Shown here piece by piece: positions 26,942 through 36,087 of a DNA stretch of 64,000 nucleotides (positions are counted from its first letter, which is position 1; each line of letters starts with the position of its first letter). Below the pieces are notes generated by a model that saw nothing but the letters and a program-made list of their open reading frames with translations, made no database searches and was not told the DNA's origin. Source of the DNA: Syntrophaceae bacterium (GTDB lineage Bacteria > Desulfobacterota > Syntrophia > Syntrophales > Smithellaceae); NCBI GenBank assembly GCA_018056765.1, contig JAGPFA010000014.1:90-64089 (forward strand), written 5' to 3'. The position numbers and the translations under genes were made by a program.

Positions 26942-29527
26942 CTAGCCTTTTGTAAAAACAATCCCGCCCCCGGAAACGTCAACAACAATATGATCGCCTT
27001 CAGAAAACTTGCCTGCCAGTATATCGAGCGCCAGCGGGTCAAGTATCATTTTCTGCAAAGAGCGCTTCAGCGGCCGCGCTCCGTAAACAGGGCTGTAACT
27101 CACCTCGGCTATATATTTTTTCGCCTCCTGTGTCAATTCGATGGAGAGTTTTCTCTCCTTGAGACGCTTGTCGATCAGTCCCAGCTGAATACTCACTATC
27201 CGATGAATATCCTCCAGTGACAGGGCATGGAACATGATGATATCATCGATACGATTTAAAAACTCCGGCTTGAAAGTAGCACGCAGCGCCTCCATCGCCC
27301 GGTTTTTCCTTTCCTCATCGTCAAGCGACGGGTCCTGAATCCACTGGCTGCCGACGTTGGAGGTCATGATCACCACCGTATTTTTAAAATCGACCGTGCG
27401 TCCCTGCCCGTCGGTGAGCCGTCCGTCATCAAGAATCTGCAACAGGATATTGAAGACATCCGGATGAGCCTTTTCGATCTCATCGAACAGCAACACGCTG
27501 TATGGTTTTCTCCTGACCGCCTCGGTAAGATAGCCTCCTTCTTCGTAGCCCACATAGCCGGGAGGCGCCCCGACCAGACGGGCCACCGCGTGTTTTTCCA
27601 TGTATTCGGACATATCGATGCGGATCATGGCGTGCTCATTGTCGAACATAAATTCCGCCAAAGCACGTGCCAACTCTGTTTTGCCCACGCCAGTGGGTCC
27701 CAGGAAAATAAAAGATCCGATAGGACGGTTCGGGTCCTGCAGGCCGGAACGCGCCCGTCTCAGTGCCGACGACACGGCCTGAATACCGTCGTCCTGGCCG
27801 ATGACCCGCATTTTCAGGCGCTCGTCCATCTGGATGAGTTTCTGCACATCGCTTTCCATCATCCGCGCCAGCGGAATGCCGGTCCAGTTGGAAACGACTT
27901 CCGCCACGTCCTCGGCATCGACTTCTTCTTTTAGCATCCTGTTTTGTTTTTGAACCTCTTCGAGTCTGAGCTGGTCTTCCTGCAGCTCGCGGTCAAGCTC
28001 CACCAATTTGCCGTAGCGGATCTCCGCCGCACGCGCCAGGTTACCCTCACGCTGCGCATTCACTTCTTCTATCTTGAGCTCCTCCATCCGGCTTTTGGTC
28101 TGCTGGATCTTTTTGATAACGTCCTTCTCAGACTGCCAATGCAGCTTCATCTGATCCATTTGAGACTGGAGATCGGCCAGCTCCTTTTCGATTTTTTCCC
28201 GCCGCTCATTGGCCGCCTTGTCTGTATCTTTTTTCAGGGACTGCTTTTCTATTTCCAGCTGAATGATCCTGCGGTCAATTGCATCTATCTCCGAGGGCAT
28301 CGAATCCAGTTCGATACGCAGCCTGGAGGCAGCCTCGTCAATCAGGTCAACCGCCTTATCCGGCAGAAACCTGTCCGAAATATAGCGATGCGAAAGTGTC
28401 GCCGCAGCAACGATGGCAGAGTCCTTGACGCGCACCCCGTGATGAACCTCGTAGCGTTCCTTCAAGCCGCGCAAAATGGCGATCGTGTCCTCAACCGTCG
28501 GTTCCTTCACCAGCACCGGTTGAAAACGCCGCTCCAGCGCCGCGTCCTTCTCAATGTATTTGCGATATTCGTTTAAGGTTGTCGCGCCCACGCAACGGAG
28601 CTCACCTCTGGCCAGCGCCGGCTTGAGCATATTGGAGGCATCCATTGACCCTTCGGCCGCCCCCGCGCCCACCACCGTGTGAATTTCATCAATAAAGAGG
28701 ATGATCTCGCCGTCGGCGCTGGTCACTTCCTTCAACACAGCTTTGAGCCGCTCTTCGAACTCGCCGCGGTATTTGGCTCCCGCCACCAGCGCTCCGATAT
28801 CCAGCCCCACAACACGCTTGGTTTTGAGGTTTTCCGGAACATCACCGTTGACGATGCGCTGGGCGAGCCCCTCCACGATGGCGGTCTTACCCACTCCAGG
28901 CTCGCCGATAAGCACCGGATTATTTTTGGTGCGCCGCGACAGCACCTGCATGATACGACGGATTTCTTCATCGCGGCCGATCACCGGGTCGAACTTCCCC
29001 TGGCGGGCCAGCTCGTTGAAGTCCTTCGCGTATCGTTCCAACGCCTGATACTTGCCCTCCGGGTTGGGATCGGTGACGCGCTGATTGCCGCGGATCTCGA
29101 CCAGCACCTGGAAGATTTTGTCCCGCGTGACGCCGTTTTGTCGCAGGATTTTTCCCGCCTGTCCGTCTTTTTCCTCGCTTATGGCCACAACCACATGCTC
29201 GGCGCTGATATATTCATCTTTGAGTTTAGCCGCTTCTGTCATGGCCTGGTCGAATATCTTATTGAGCCTGCCGCCCAGATATACCTGTCCCGAACCCGAT
29301 CCGCCAATCTTTGGTTGTTTTTCCAGATAGGCCATCAGTTCCTGTTCGATCCTCTGCGGCGGGGCATTGAGCCTGCTCACAATTGACGGAGCGATGCCAT
29401 CCTGCTGCTGTAAAAAGCACACCAGCAGATGCTCCGGCTCTATTGATTGATGCCCCAGCGAGGAAGCCAGGCTTTGTGCGTCCTGCAGGGCTTCTTGCAC
29501 TTTGAGTGTGAATTTGTCGAATCTCAT
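26942..29527 (-). CDS. clpB: ATP-dependent chaperone ClpB
   Basis: 861 aa. Two AAA+ modules ([24 protein letters not shown]) separated by a long coiled-coil middle domain. Confidence 0.95.
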   Translation of the reverse strand: MRFDKFTLKVQEALQDAQSLASSLGHQSIEPEHLLVCFLQQQDGIAPSIVSRLNAPPQRIEQELMAYLEKQPKIGGSGSGQVYLGGRLNKIFDQAMTEAAKLKDEYISAEHVVVAISEEKDGQAGKILRQNGVTRDKIFQVLVEIRGNQRVTDPNPEGKYQALERYAKDFNELARQGKFDPVIGRDEEIRRIMQVLSRRTKNNPVLIGEPGVGKTAIVEGLAQRIVNGDVPENLKTKRVVGLDIGALVAGAKYRGEFEERLKAVLKEVTSADGEIILFIDEIHTVVGAGAAEGSMDASNMLKPALARGELRCVGATTLNEYRKYIEKDAALERRFQPVLVKEPTVEDTIAILRGLKERYEVHHGVRVKDSAIVAAATLSHRYISDRFLPDKAVDLIDEAASRLRIELDSMPSEIDAIDRRIIQLEIEKQSLKKDTDKAANERREKIEKELADLQSQMDQMKLHWQSEKDVIKKIQQTKSRMEELKIEEVNAQREGNLARAAEIRYGKLVELDRELQEDQLRLEEVQKQNRMLKEEVDAEDVAEVVSNWTGIPLARMMESDVQKLIQMDERLKMRVIGQDDGIQAVSSALRRARSGLQDPNRPIGSFIFLGPTGVGKTELARALAEFMFDNEHAMIRIDMSEYMEKHAVARLVGAPPGYVGYEEGGYLTEAVRRKPYSVLLFDEIEKAHPDVFNILLQILDDGRLTDGQGRTVDFKNTVVIMTSNVGSQWIQDPSLDDEERKNRAMEALRATFKPEFLNRIDDIIMFHALSLEDIHRIVSIQLGLIDKRLKERKLSIELTQEAKKYIAEVSYSPVYGARPLKRSLQKMILDPLALDILAGKFSEGDHIVVDVSGGGIVFTKG

Positions 29528-29540
29528 AATCTACCTCATT

Positions 29541-30413
29541 TTATTCCACAGGTTTTTCTATGCTTACAAACAGCTTGCCGTCTTTAAACACGCTGACATT
29601 CCCGGTGGACTGAGACACCACCACAGCTACCGCCTTGGTCACATTGGTGATACCGGCCGCCGCGATATGGCGGCTTCCCAGCCCCGATGGGAAATCCTTG
29701 CTCTCCAGAGCCGCGCTCAAATAACGGCCCGCCGTGACGATGGCCCCCTTTGAATCGATAACAAAGGCACCGTCGATGGCGGAAAGCTCCTTGATTGTTT
29801 CCTCCAGTTCGGGATTTAAAATATTACGGTCCTGTTCAGAGTAGCCCTTAAAGGGGTTAATGATCATCTGGCGGGAAAGCTGCATAACTTTTTCCTCGTC
29901 ACCGAGGACGAAAATTGTTCCGACCTTCCGGCTTTCCCTCCCCTGGGCGGCCAGTTCGCAGGCGAGATTAAGCATCGCGTTGAATACTTCCGGCTGCACC
30001 GCCTCCACCACGTTATTGATATCGTCGGAAGTCAGAATTTCAAACTCACGCCCGACATCGATAAAGAAAATACTGTCGGCATAGCCGAATTTGGGGATCC
30101 CGGAGAGACACACAAGCTTATCGCCTTTTTTAAAGCGTCCCGAAACAATGCCCTTAGCTATGGCGATCTTGATTTTTCCCACCCGGGTCAGGTTCACGCC
30201 CGGCACATCGAGTTTTGTGGCGACACCGACGAGGTTTTCCGGGAGCTCTTCCTGCTGTTGCATGACCACTACGAAGTTAACCGCTTTTTTGACTTCTTCG
30301 GGAAGCCCGGCCAGCTCGTCGAGCACATTGACACACACCAGCACACTTCCAGCCTTGACCTCTTTGGCCAGTTTGACCGCCAACTCAATCATCATCTTGT
30401 TTATGGATTTCAT
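29541..30413 (-). CDS. diadenylate cyclase (DAC/DisA_N domain) with N-terminal pyruvate-kinase-C-like domain (DacZ/CdaZ-type architecture)
   Basis: 290 aa. C-terminal DGAFVIDSKGAIVTAGRYL...GLGSRHIAAAGIT...VVVSQSTGNVSVF matches the DGA and RHR-type DAC motifs. The N-terminal ~130 aa alpha/beta domain lacks TM helices. Confidence 0.6.
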   Translation of the reverse strand: MKSINKMMIELAVKLAKEVKAGSVLVCVNVLDELAGLPEEVKKAVNFVVVMQQQEELPENLVGVATKLDVPGVNLTRVGKIKIAIAKGIVSGRFKKGDKLVCLSGIPKFGYADSIFFIDVGREFEILTSDDINNVVEAVQPEVFNAMLNLACELAAQGRESRKVGTIFVLGDEEKVMQLSRQMIINPFKGYSEQDRNILNPELEETIKELSAIDGAFVIDSKGAIVTAGRYLSAALESKDFPSGLGSRHIAAAGITNVTKAVAVVVSQSTGNVSVFKDGKLFVSIEKPVE

Positions 30414-30548
30414 TTAATTCTCCGGGTGGTTTTGTCCATAAAATAAACACTGGACGGTCTGTGTCAAGATACGGTAATTATTTGCTTGACCACAATTGGC
30501 CTATTGGTTACAAGCTACAAACGAATAACCGGACTTGGAGGCCATCCT

Positions 30549-31394
30549 TTGAAACTGCCCGCCGCAACGGGAACTTTAGACCTTTACATAGCGGAGATCA
30601 ACCGCTTTCCCCTGCTGACCCCGGAGGAAGAGTTTACCCTGGCCATGCGCCTGAAAAAGGACAATGATCTGGAGGCAGCCGAAAAGCTCATCGTCTCGAA
30701 CCTGCGTTTTGTCGTCAAGATCGCCCATGAATACCGCAGTTACGGATTCAAGCTGACCGATCTGATCCAGGAGGGCAACATCGGCCTGATTCACGCGGTG
30801 AAAAAATTCGATCCGGAAAAAGGCTATCGCTTGATCTCCTACGCGGTCTGGTGGATCCGCGCCTACATTCAGAATTATCTGATCAAATCGTGGAGCATTG
30901 TCAAAATCGGCACCACCCAGGCGCAGCGCAAGCTTTTTTTCAAACTGGGACAGGCCAAAAAACAACTGGAAACAATGTCTAAACGAAACCCCGAATTCGG
31001 GGAGATAGCTGACGCGCTGGGGGTTAAGGACTCGGAAGTGGCGGAAATGGAGCTGCGTATGGGCGCACGTGATTTAGCTCTCAATGAGCTGGTCAGCGAC
31101 GACGGCGACACTTCCCATATGGATTTCCTGGCACACGAAGGAGACGATCAGGAAACCGCGCTCATCAAACACGAAGAACGCAGCCTGATCAAGCGCGACA
31201 TTGCCGGTGCGCTCGCCAAATTAACAGAGAGGGAAAGCTTCATCATCCGTCATCGGGTCATGGCCGACACCCCGCTGACACTTCAGGAAATAGGCGATAA
31301 ATACAACATCACCAGAGAAAGAGCCCGCCAGATTGAAAAGCAGGCGCTGAAAAAAGTCCAACTCGCCCTGCCCTATCTTAAACCGGATGATTGA
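30549..31394 (+). CDS. rpoH: RNA polymerase sigma-32 (heat-shock sigma factor RpoH)
   Basis: RpoH box QAQRKLFFKL, region 2 LIQEGNIGLIHAVKKFDPEKGYRLISYAVWWIRA, and a region 4 HTH. A TTG at 30549 with GGAGG 7 nt upstream is the likely start; the ORF track opens at 30486. Confidence 0.85.
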   Translation: MKLPAATGTLDLYIAEINRFPLLTPEEEFTLAMRLKKDNDLEAAEKLIVSNLRFVVKIAHEYRSYGFKLTDLIQEGNIGLIHAVKKFDPEKGYRLISYAVWWIRAYIQNYLIKSWSIVKIGTTQAQRKLFFKLGQAKKQLETMSKRNPEFGEIADALGVKDSEVAEMELRMGARDLALNELVSDDGDTSHMDFLAHEGDDQETALIKHEERSLIKRDIAGALAKLTERESFIIRHRVMADTPLTLQEIGDKYNITRERARQIEKQALKKVQLALPYLKPDD

Positions 31395-31526
31395 CATCTC
31401 AAAGCACGATATCAACCAGGAGTCCTGCCCCAATATTGTGCCCGATCTTCCCCCTGCCCTCCTCCAATAGACTGTGTCTTATTTACTTTTTTCTCATTTA
31501 GGGCAAGCTAAGCGCGGCTTTTAGCC

Positions 31527-31600
31527 TGCCCCGTGCTTGACACGGGGGAATCCAGTATTTTCAGCATGTTCTGGCTGCCGGTTTTCACCGGCATGACGAT
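31527..31600. repeat. diverged member of the REP/MITE-like family
   Basis: Shares GGGAATCCAGTATTTT, TTCTGGCTGCCGG and GGCATGACGA blocks with the 15745 and 54635 copies. Begins with the hairpin CCCCGTGCTTGACACGGGG. Confidence 0.5.
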
Positions 31601-31711
31601 GTTGAGGCTTTCTTGCTATTACGATGCAGTCTCCAAACGGGAATGTGAAATTTTATACCGTACCGCTTTTGCATTGATAAGGTTTGTCGCTTCTTTTTAG
31701 CTATCCCGCTT

Positions 31712-32668
31712 TCATTTCCAGCTTTCAAAGCTTCCCGGATATTCTTTTTTAAACTTCTCGATTACCTTGTCCAGCAAAGGGGTCTCCGGTTTGGGAAGAG
31801 GCGTGGCGGGCGAAAGTTTTGCCAGCGGCTGGTTCATTAACGGGTGCTCAAACGTCTCGGGATTGGAAAGACCATGCCACTCACGGATGCGCAGAAAGGA
31901 CAGTATCTCGTAGGGGAAGATCATCCGGTCTTCCGTGTCGAACTCATCGATTTCATCATGGGCGGTCGCCTTCGTTTCCTGAATATGAAAATCCGCCATC
32001 GCCGAAACATATTCCTGAACTTTCATAAGATCTTTTGTTTGCCAATTCGCCAGAACTTCTGCGTATGGGCTCATGTCCTCAGGATAGGAATACAGGGATG
32101 TATCTATCTTTCTTCTCCAAAAGGCAATGTCACCGCTTAAGTGCATCAGAAACCAGAAGTGACGGTAAAGCTCGCCCTTACAGTGCTGGTCCGTATGGCG
32201 CAGATCAAGTAGTGGCGTATCCAGACCATTATAAAGAATATCACCAATATCGTTTGCCTCCTTCTTCCAGACGGAAAGAATGCTCAAAGAGAGGTAAAAC
32301 ATGCTGTCATCGAGTAGTATGGATCCTCCTTGACCTGCATTTGCAAACGCATCCTCAAAACAAACCACAGCGTAGGCATACCGCGCCGCCAAAGCGAAAT
32401 CCTCCAGGCCGTCTTTCTCTTCATTCAATACGGCGTTCATGTACTGGACGAAGTGCCAGAAGTGGAGCTTGTCTGAACGGCTCGAAAGACGCCTCACTTT
32501 ATCTTCACCACTCAAATAAGCATGATATACAGACGGTGGATCATCACGAAACATCTCGAGAATTTCACCATCGTTAACCCATTCTTTTGTCCACCTGGTG
32601 ACTTTCTTTTGCAGCTTAGCCACTTCTTTTTTCATGTCTGTTTTTGCTTTCATTGCATGTATCTCCAC
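31712..32668 (-). CDS. putative immunity protein, copy 2 (cognate of the orphan toxin tip)
   Basis: 318 aa. By eye roughly 80% identical to the 33222-34163 product, with identical termini. Starts 3 nt after the orphan toxin-tip ORF. Confidence 0.55.
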   Translation of the reverse strand: MEIHAMKAKTDMKKEVAKLQKKVTRWTKEWVNDGEILEMFRDDPPSVYHAYLSGEDKVRRLSSRSDKLHFWHFVQYMNAVLNEEKDGLEDFALAARYAYAVVCFEDAFANAGQGGSILLDDSMFYLSLSILSVWKKEANDIGDILYNGLDTPLLDLRHTDQHCKGELYRHFWFLMHLSGDIAFWRRKIDTSLYSYPEDMSPYAEVLANWQTKDLMKVQEYVSAMADFHIQETKATAHDEIDEFDTEDRMIFPYEILSFLRIREWHGLSNPETFEHPLMNQPLAKLSPATPLPKPETPLLDKVIEKFKKEYPGSFESWK

Positions 32669-32671
32669 AAA

Positions 32672-33094
32672 TTAAATATTGCCGTCTTTTCCTATCCATG
32701 GCTTAGATCTTGATTTACGCGTCGGATGCTTGCCACACCCCTTGGAAATGTCATCGACAAAGACTTCGCGCTTCTCATATGTAACATTTGAAGTATTTTT
32801 TTTAGCTGCGTCGAGCCAACGTTGCACCATTCTTGCATTCCTTTTGGCTTCCGGCACCTTCCCGTAATTGCCCCGACCGCCAGCGGCGCGTCCAAGACGG
32901 TCGTTGGTGAACTTTTCACCACCCCATTTCGCCTGATCTCCTTTAAGCCCCGGCGCTTTTGCCGTCTCCGTGGTTTTGACTTCCCAGACCAATACAGAGC
33001 CGTCGCTTTTGCGTCCAATCAAATCCACACCATGCCCGGATTTATTCTGCACGGACACAACTTCTTCGCAACCCTTTTCCGCCAGCATATCCAT
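32672..33094 (-). CDS. orphan polymorphic-toxin C-terminal module (PD-(D/E)xK-like nuclease tip), no delivery domain
   Basis: 140 aa. First ~50 and last ~45 residues are nearly identical to the C-terminus of the 448-aa toxin (GHGVDLIGRKSDGSVLVWEVKTTETAKAPGL...). The central ~45 residues differ. Confidence 0.6.
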   Translation of the reverse strand: MDMLAEKGCEEVVSVQNKSGHGVDLIGRKSDGSVLVWEVKTTETAKAPGLKGDQAKWGGEKFTNDRLGRAAGGRGNYGKVPEAKRNARMVQRWLDAAKKNTSNVTYEKREVFVDDISKGCGKHPTRKSRSKPWIGKDGNI

Positions 33095-33221
33095 CTTCGC
33101 CAGCCATTCCGCATTTTGTGTTCTTCCGGGCCTGTTTTCAAGAAAAAAGCGGCTGAGTCATTTTATACACCGCCGCTTTTGCATTGATAAGGTTTGCCGC
33201 TTCTTTTTAGTTAACCCGCTT

Positions 33222-34163
33222 TCATTTCCAGCTTTCAAAGCTTCCCGGATATTCTTTTTTAAACTTCTCGATTACCTTGTCCAGCAAAGGGGTTTCCGGT
33301 TTGGGAAGAGGCGCAGCGGGCGGAAGTTTTGCCAGCGGCTGGTTCATTAACGGGTGCTCAAACGTCTCGGGATTGGAAAGACCATGCCACTCACGGATGC
33401 GCAGAAAGGACAGTATCTCGTGGGGGAAGATCATGACGTCCTCACCATCAAATTCGCTTATTTCTTCATAGCGTGTTGGTTTCGTCTCCATTACATGAAA
33501 ATCCGCCATTGCCGAAACATATTGTTGAACTTTGGATAAATCCCTTGTCTCCCAGTCTGCAAGAACAGATTTGTAAGGTTCCATATCATCAGGATAGGAA
33601 TACAGGGATGTATCTATCTTTCTTCTCCAAAAGGCAATGTCACCGCTTAAGTGCATCAGAAACCAGAAGTGTTGATAGACTTTCCCGGCTTCATGTTCCT
33701 CGTTATGCCGCAAATCAAGCAACTTATTATCCAGACCATTATAAAGAATATCACCAATGTCGTTTGCCTCCTTCTTCCAGCCGGAAAGAATACTCAAAGA
33801 GAGGCTAAAGATGCTTTCATCGAGTAGTATAGATCCGCCTTGACCTGCATTTGCAAACGCATCTTCAAAACAAACCACAGCGTAGGCATACCACGCCGCC
33901 AAAGCGAAATCCTCCAGGCCGTCTTTCCCTTCATTCAATACGGCGTTCATGTACTGGACGAAGTGCCAGAAGTGGAGCTTGTCTGCGCGCAGCCCGAGTA
34001 ACTCTGAATTGTCTTCACCATCTAAATATGCCTTAAATACATTGGGTGGATTGACCCAGAACATTTCTATCCGGTTTTCGTTTGCAACCCAATCCTTTGT
34101 CCACCTGGTGACTTTCTTTTGCAGCTTAGCCACTTCTTTTTTCATGTCTGTCTTCATTTTCAT
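33222..34163 (-). CDS. putative immunity protein, copy 1 (cognate of the full-length toxin)
   Basis: 313-aa ORF, 18 nt downstream of the toxin gene. Paralogue of 31712-32668. No family recognised. Confidence 0.55.
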   Translation of the reverse strand: MKMKTDMKKEVAKLQKKVTRWTKDWVANENRIEMFWVNPPNVFKAYLDGEDNSELLGLRADKLHFWHFVQYMNAVLNEGKDGLEDFALAAWYAYAVVCFEDAFANAGQGGSILLDESIFSLSLSILSGWKKEANDIGDILYNGLDNKLLDLRHNEEHEAGKVYQHFWFLMHLSGDIAFWRRKIDTSLYSYPDDMEPYKSVLADWETRDLSKVQQYVSAMADFHVMETKPTRYEEISEFDGEDVMIFPHEILSFLRIREWHGLSNPETFEHPLMNQPLAKLPPAAPLPKPETPLLDKVIEKFKKEYPGSFESWK

Positions 34164-34181
34164 ATCGTGTTTCTCCCCGAC

Positions 34182-35528
34182 TTATATGTTTCCGTCTTTG
34201 CCTATCCATGGCTTAGATCTTGATTTACGCGTCGGATGCTTGCCACACCCCTTGGAAATGTCATCGACAAAGACTTCGCGCTTTTCGTATGTTACTTTTG
34301 ATTTACGTTTTTCTGCGGACCTGAGCCAGTCTTGCGCTTTTTCGGCAACTTTATCTAGTCCCGGCACCTTCCCGTAATTGCCTTTACCTTTGGCAGCATC
34401 AGCTAATCGATCTCCTGCATATCGTTTACCGCCCAATTCTCTCTGATCTTTACTCAGCCCCGGCGCTTTTGCCGTCTCCGTGGTTTTGACTTCCCAGACC
34501 AATACAGAGCCGTCGCTTTTGCGTCCAATCAAATCCACACCATGACCGGATTTATTCTGCACGGACACAACTTCTTCGCAACGCTTTTCCGCCAGCATAT
34601 CCATCTTCGCCAGCCACTCGCCGCATTTCCCGGTCTCGTTGCTCTTCTTCCCCTTGACCTTTGCCCCGTCTTTGCCTTTCTTCTTTGCCGCCTGTTCCGT
34701 TGACTCTTGCGCCGCTTTCTTTGCCGCTTCCTTCCCGGTTTTCTCTGTCACGGCTTTTTCGGCAAGCTCTTTTTCCGCCTTCTCGGCGGCTTCCCTGGTC
34801 AGCTTCTTTGCGGTCTTCTTTGCCGCCTGTCTTGCAATCGCCTTGCCGCCTTTGACTACCATAGTCCCGGCTTTTACGCCATCGCCTATACCCGGAACCG
34901 CCGCAACCACGGATAGAGCAGCCATCGCCGCGTTGCCTTCCAATCCGTATATCGCGGCATTAGCCAGATCTGGGATTGCCCCCAGTCCGGGTATGAAACC
35001 CGCTACGTCCAGAGCGGTATGAACGCCTTCCGACATCCTGCTCCAGAGGCCTTTCTTTTCTTCTTTGGCTTCTTCTTCTTGTGGTGTTTCCGGTTTCACC
35101 GGCGGATTGGAGTCGGCGGATATTCCGGAGGCGCTTTTGCCTGTGCCCTGGTAGATCACCTTACCCATCGTGTTGCCATTGTTCATCTTGCAGGGATCAC
35201 CATGACGTACAACGGGTTTCCTGTTCACATTGACGGAGCTGCTGCCGGAAATCGTCTCCACTATCGAACGGTTCGTCCCGGACTTGACTCCGCCGGCCGT
35301 CCCAGGCTCGTCTCCCGTGACTTTCGATATTTTACTCCTGTCATGGATATACGCCGGATCACCCCCGAAGTTGACGTTGGAACTGGTGGACATGCTGTCG
35401 CTGAGATTGGAGATGATCGGATAGGGAATGGGAACTACGGTGATCCCCACAGGTGTCTTGCAGACATCCGGGGTGGTATAGATCGCCATGAACTTACCGG
35501 CTTTACGGGCTCCTTCGTTATCGGCCAC
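34182..35528 (-). CDS. PAAR-like (DUF4150) polymorphic toxin with PT-TG pre-toxin region and C-terminal PD-(D/E)xK-like nuclease domain
   Basis: 448 aa. The N-terminus TPDVCKTPVGITVVPIPYPI...SKVTGDEPGTAGGVKSG...VVRHGDPCKMNNGN is the DUF4150 pattern. HTALDVAGFIPGLGAIPDLANAAIYGLEGN is PT-TG-like, followed by a K/A/E-rich linker. The tip has GVDLIG...VWEVKTT (D...ExK). Confidence 0.7.
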   Translation of the reverse strand: MADNEGARKAGKFMAIYTTPDVCKTPVGITVVPIPYPIISNLSDSMSTSSNVNFGGDPAYIHDRSKISKVTGDEPGTAGGVKSGTNRSIVETISGSSSVNVNRKPVVRHGDPCKMNNGNTMGKVIYQGTGKSASGISADSNPPVKPETPQEEEAKEEKKGLWSRMSEGVHTALDVAGFIPGLGAIPDLANAAIYGLEGNAAMAALSVVAAVPGIGDGVKAGTMVVKGGKAIARQAAKKTAKKLTREAAEKAEKELAEKAVTEKTGKEAAKKAAQESTEQAAKKKGKDGAKVKGKKSNETGKCGEWLAKMDMLAEKRCEEVVSVQNKSGHGVDLIGRKSDGSVLVWEVKTTETAKAPGLSKDQRELGGKRYAGDRLADAAKGKGNYGKVPGLDKVAEKAQDWLRSAEKRKSKVTYEKREVFVDDISKGCGKHPTRKSRSKPWIGKDGNI

Positions 35529-35856
35529 CCTGCGCCTCCCTGATCCTGGCTTCCTTGTCCTGCCTCATGATCATCCGGGCTTCCAAAACGCACACTTCAG
35601 GCTCGGTCAGTATCGTGGAGCGCCAGACCAGACCAACCTGTTCCTTTTCCGGATCGATAAAGACTGTGTCCAGATAGGCACTGGCTTCCTTGTGTGTCCA
35701 TTTAGGCCGGTAGCCGATCCTTATGGGGTTGTGGTCGTAAAAGTCAGTCTGATCCCTTTCCGTTTTTTCATCATAGACGGTGATAATACCGCCAAAGGCG
35801 TACTCATAGCGTATGGGCAGGGTTGTCATGGGGTCGGACTTGCCAGAAGTATTCAT
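35518..35856 (-). pseudogene. DUF2169-like C-terminal fragment (remnant of a T6SS adaptor gene)
   Basis: 112-aa ORF resembling only the C-terminal end of DUF2169 proteins (NPIRIGYRP..., LDTVFIDPEKEQVGLVWRS). Overlaps the toxin start by 11 nt. Nothing upstream supplies the missing N-terminal portion. Confidence 0.4.
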
Positions 35857-36087
35857 AACCTGGGCCTTTCGATGTCCGCCTGATGTTGCTTCTTCGGCAT
35901 GATGATGCGCGGACCAGCAAATATTGTAATAATGTTACGGTGTTGAATTGTCTATTCGCCTAACGCAGGAAATGATTTATGTCAATAGTTTTTTAACGTG
36001 TGGCGGAAATAAATTAAGAGAAGAAAAAGAAAGGGGTGGGGAAGTTACAGATCCTGCGCGACGAGGATGTCCGGCGCCCCGGCCGGA

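Larger units (their letters stand above)
31651..34618. repeat. tandem direct duplication, 2 x ~1.46 kb, offset 1510 bp (toxin tip + immunity cassette)
   Basis: Unit 1 is 31651-33108 and unit 2 is 33161-34618. Both ends align at an offset of exactly 1510 (TTTTATAC..CCGCTTTTGCATTGATAAGG at 31651/33161; CTTCTTCGCAAC.CTTTTCCGCCAGCATATCCATCTTCGCCAGCCA at 33061/34571). Confidence 0.9.
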
